64,000 bases of DNA. It comes from an uncultured Pelagibacteraceae bacterium (GTDB taxonomy: Bacteria; Pseudomonadota; Alphaproteobacteria; Pelagibacterales; Pelagibacteraceae). The first letter of the stretch is position 1, and each line of letters starts with the position of its first letter. Location of the stretch: NCBI GenBank assembly GCA_902633985.1, contig CACPHV010000002.1, forward strand, positions 45,439 to 109,438, written 5' to 3'. Below are positions 62,055-64,000 of the stretch, piece by piece. The notes under the pieces are model-generated. The model saw nothing but the letters and a program-made list of their open reading frames with translations. It had not been told where the DNA came from and searched no databases. Position numbers and translations under genes: made by a program.

Positions 62055-63017
62055 ATGAATAAACTTACAAAAATAGGATTATCAGCATTAGCTGGATCTT
62101 TAGTAGCATTCTCTGCACATGCTGGTTCTTTATCAGCATCTGGTAGTGCTTCTCTAACATTCTCTAATGGTGATGACAAAAGTTTAACTCACGAAGGTAA
62201 CCAGTGGACTATGGCTGACAGTATTACCTTTACAGGATCTGGTGAGATGGACAATGGAATGACTGTATCGGTTAGTTATGAAGTAGATAATGATGAAACT
62301 GATGCAGGTGATGTTTTAGATACTCATGGTATTACTTTAGACACAAACGGTTTTGGAACAATTATGTTTTATGGCCATGGTGGCGACAGTGCAATGAGTG
62401 CGATAGATGATAAAACACCAAACGCTTACGAGGAATCTTGGGATATAATAACAGGTGCTGATACAGATACACTGGTAAACGGTTTAAGTGGTGACAACAT
62501 GTTCACTTACAAATCTCCAGATTTAGGTGGTGCTACTATAACTGTTGCTTACCTAAACGCATCTGACGCAGTAACTGATGCTTCTTACATGGACTTCTCA
62601 ATTGTTGCTAAGCCAGAAATGATTGATGGTTTAGAAATTGGATTTGGTATGGGAGAAACAGAAGAAACAACTGGTACAGTTATTGATGATACTGCAATGT
62701 ATGCAAAGTATACATTTGGTTCAGTAACTGTTGGTTACCAAATGAACGAATCTGATGGACCAACCTCTGCAACTGATCTTGATTTCACAGCTATGGGTAT
62801 TACATACGCAGTAACTGATGATTTCACTATTGGTTACAACACTTCTGAGTCAGATAAAGCTTCAGACTCTGATGTACAAGAAGCAACTACGATCGGTGCT
62901 TCATACACTTCAGGTGGAATTACTGTAGGTGGCGCAATGAACTCAGTAGATAACGTTGGTTTTGATGCATCTGCTGATAGAGATGGTTACGAGTTCAATA
63001 TCTCATTTGCATTCTAA
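62055..63017 (+). CDS. outer-membrane porin, paralog 2
   Basis: Aligns without gaps to paralog 1 with about 50 of 320 residues different (manual count); GAAAGGA RBS. Confidence 0.88.
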   Translation: MNKLTKIGLSALAGSLVAFSAHAGSLSASGSASLTFSNGDDKSLTHEGNQWTMADSITFTGSGEMDNGMTVSVSYEVDNDETDAGDVLDTHGITLDTNGFGTIMFYGHGGDSAMSAIDDKTPNAYEESWDIITGADTDTLVNGLSGDNMFTYKSPDLGGATITVAYLNASDAVTDASYMDFSIVAKPEMIDGLEIGFGMGETEETTGTVIDDTAMYAKYTFGSVTVGYQMNESDGPTSATDLDFTAMGITYAVTDDFTIGYNTSESDKASDSDVQEATTIGASYTSGGITVGGAMNSVDNVGFDASADRDGYEFNISFAF

Positions 63018-63037
63018 TTTATTTAAATACTAATATT

Positions 63038-63071
63038 AAAAAAAGAGCCCCATAAAATGGGGCTCTTTTTT
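63038..63071. terminator. bidirectional intrinsic terminator after porin 2
   Basis: AAAAAAAGAGCCCCAT-AAA-ATGGGGCTCTTTTTT. Confidence 0.92.
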
Positions 63072-63600
63072 ATTTAAAATACGATATTCCAGCAAAACCT
63101 TTACAATTAATTAAATTTAATTTTTTTTCATTTATTTTATTAATCCCGCCTAAAGCTATAATATTTAATTTTGTGTTAGAAGATAATATTCTAAATCTAT
63201 TAAGACCCAAAAAATTTTTATTTTTTTTAAATAGTGATGATATAAAAACTGTTTTTACTTTTTGTTTTTTTTTCTCTCTAATTTCTTTATGATTATGAGC
63301 AGATCCTAATAAAATAAATTTTTTTTTCATATTATATGATAAATGATTAATCTTATTATTAAATGAGGGAATATAGGCTCCATTTAAATTTAGTTTCATT
63401 GCCAATTTAATATTATTGGATAAAAATAATTTATAATTTTTTGTTTTACAAAAATTCTTTAAAATAATTAAATCTTTCTCTTTTGGTTTTTCAGAATAAT
63501 TTCTGTAAATAATACCTATATTATTTCCAAGATTGTTTAAATTTTTTGTATTAAAATTATCTATAAAGTAATATTTTATTGGAAAATTGTTATGAGTCAT
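63070..63600 (-). CDS. short thiamine-phosphate synthase/TenI-like protein
   Basis: IIYRNY, GSAHN and IIALGGI; divergent from yggS. Confidence 0.75.
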   Translation of the reverse strand: MTHNNFPIKYYFIDNFNTKNLNNLGNNIGIIYRNYSEKPKEKDLIILKNFCKTKNYKLFLSNNIKLAMKLNLNGAYIPSFNNKINHLSYNMKKKFILLGSAHNHKEIREKKKQKVKTVFISSLFKKNKNFLGLNRFRILSSNTKLNIIALGGINKINEKKLNLINCKGFAGISYFK

Positions 63601-64000
63601 TCAGTAAAAAATTTATTAAATATTAAAGAGCATATTAATTCAAAGTTAGAAAATTTGAAAATTAATAAGTCTCCTAAAATCATTGCTGTTTCAAAAACTT
63701 TTAAGCTCGATAGGATTATGCCTCTAATTGAATATGGACATAAAGATTTTGGAGAAAATAAAGTTCAGGAAGCATTGGAAAAGTGGTCAGCAATTAAGGA
63801 GAAACATTTTGATTTAAAATTACACATGATAGGAAAACTTCAAACAAATAAGGTTAAATTTGCTGTTAAAATATTTGATTACATACATTCTGTAGATAAT
63901 GAAAAATTGGCTAAGAAAATTGCAGACGAACAAACAAAAATAAAAAAAAATATTAATATATTTATCCAAGTGAACCTTGGAGAAGAGGAGCAAAAATCTG
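63592..64000 (+). CDS. yggS: YggS/PLPBP pyridoxal-phosphate homeostasis protein (5' part, runs off the window)
   Basis: Manual translation from ATG 63592 gives IIAVSKT, FGENKVQE, HMIGKLQTNK, IHSVD and IQVN; not in the ORF track. Confidence 0.92.
   Translation, partial: MSHSVKNLLNIKEHINSKLENLKINKSPKIIAVSKTFKLDRIMPLIEYGHKDFGENKVQEALEKWSAIKEKHFDLKLHMIGKLQTNKVKFAVKIFDYIHSVDNEKLAKKIADEQTKIKKNINIFIQVNLGEEEQKS

Noticed and set aside
1-64000. CRISPR arrays, IS elements, rRNA, riboswitches; poly-A/T runs as phase-variation tracts
   Set aside because: No repeat-spacer arrays, transposases or rRNA were seen. No riboswitch was recognisable by eye, though an Rfam scan of 60131-60349 and 61725-62054 would be needed to exclude one. 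Homopolymers are ubiquitous at this AT content and the reading frames are intact.

Overview
This very AT-rich, gene-dense window comes from a streamlined marine alphaproteobacterium, almost certainly SAR11/Pelagibacterales; that placement is inferred from gene content, synteny, short intergenic gaps and many overlapping stop/start codons. It is mostly core genome around the replication origin. A predicted oriC lies between ppsR and hemE, followed by hemE-hemH-hemJ-rho-mnmE-mnmG-rsmG (which contains a perfect parS)-parA-parB. Other core genes include the his genes, hslVU, ftsK-lolA, hemCD, folD, tsaD, purH and leuS. Five accessory-looking pockets are interspersed. (1) A UV-repair cluster holds an inverted-domain photolyase, a (6-4) photolyase lacking its FeS cysteines, and an unannotated DUF2256 microprotein. 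(2) A fluoroacetate-type dehalogenase, a TauD dioxygenase and an AEC transporter form an operon. (3) An acs/ActP-like acetate module has a highly basic Acs N-terminal tail and an EF-hand-like loop in the transporter. (4) A low-GC FkbM/TPR/sulfotransferase patch surrounds tRNA-Gly. (5) Two tandem 320-aa porin paralogs flank a MarR-like regulator and share an 18-bp palindromic upstream motif. No CRISPR array, transposase, integrase or rRNA was seen. All calls come from reading motifs by eye; no database searches were run.
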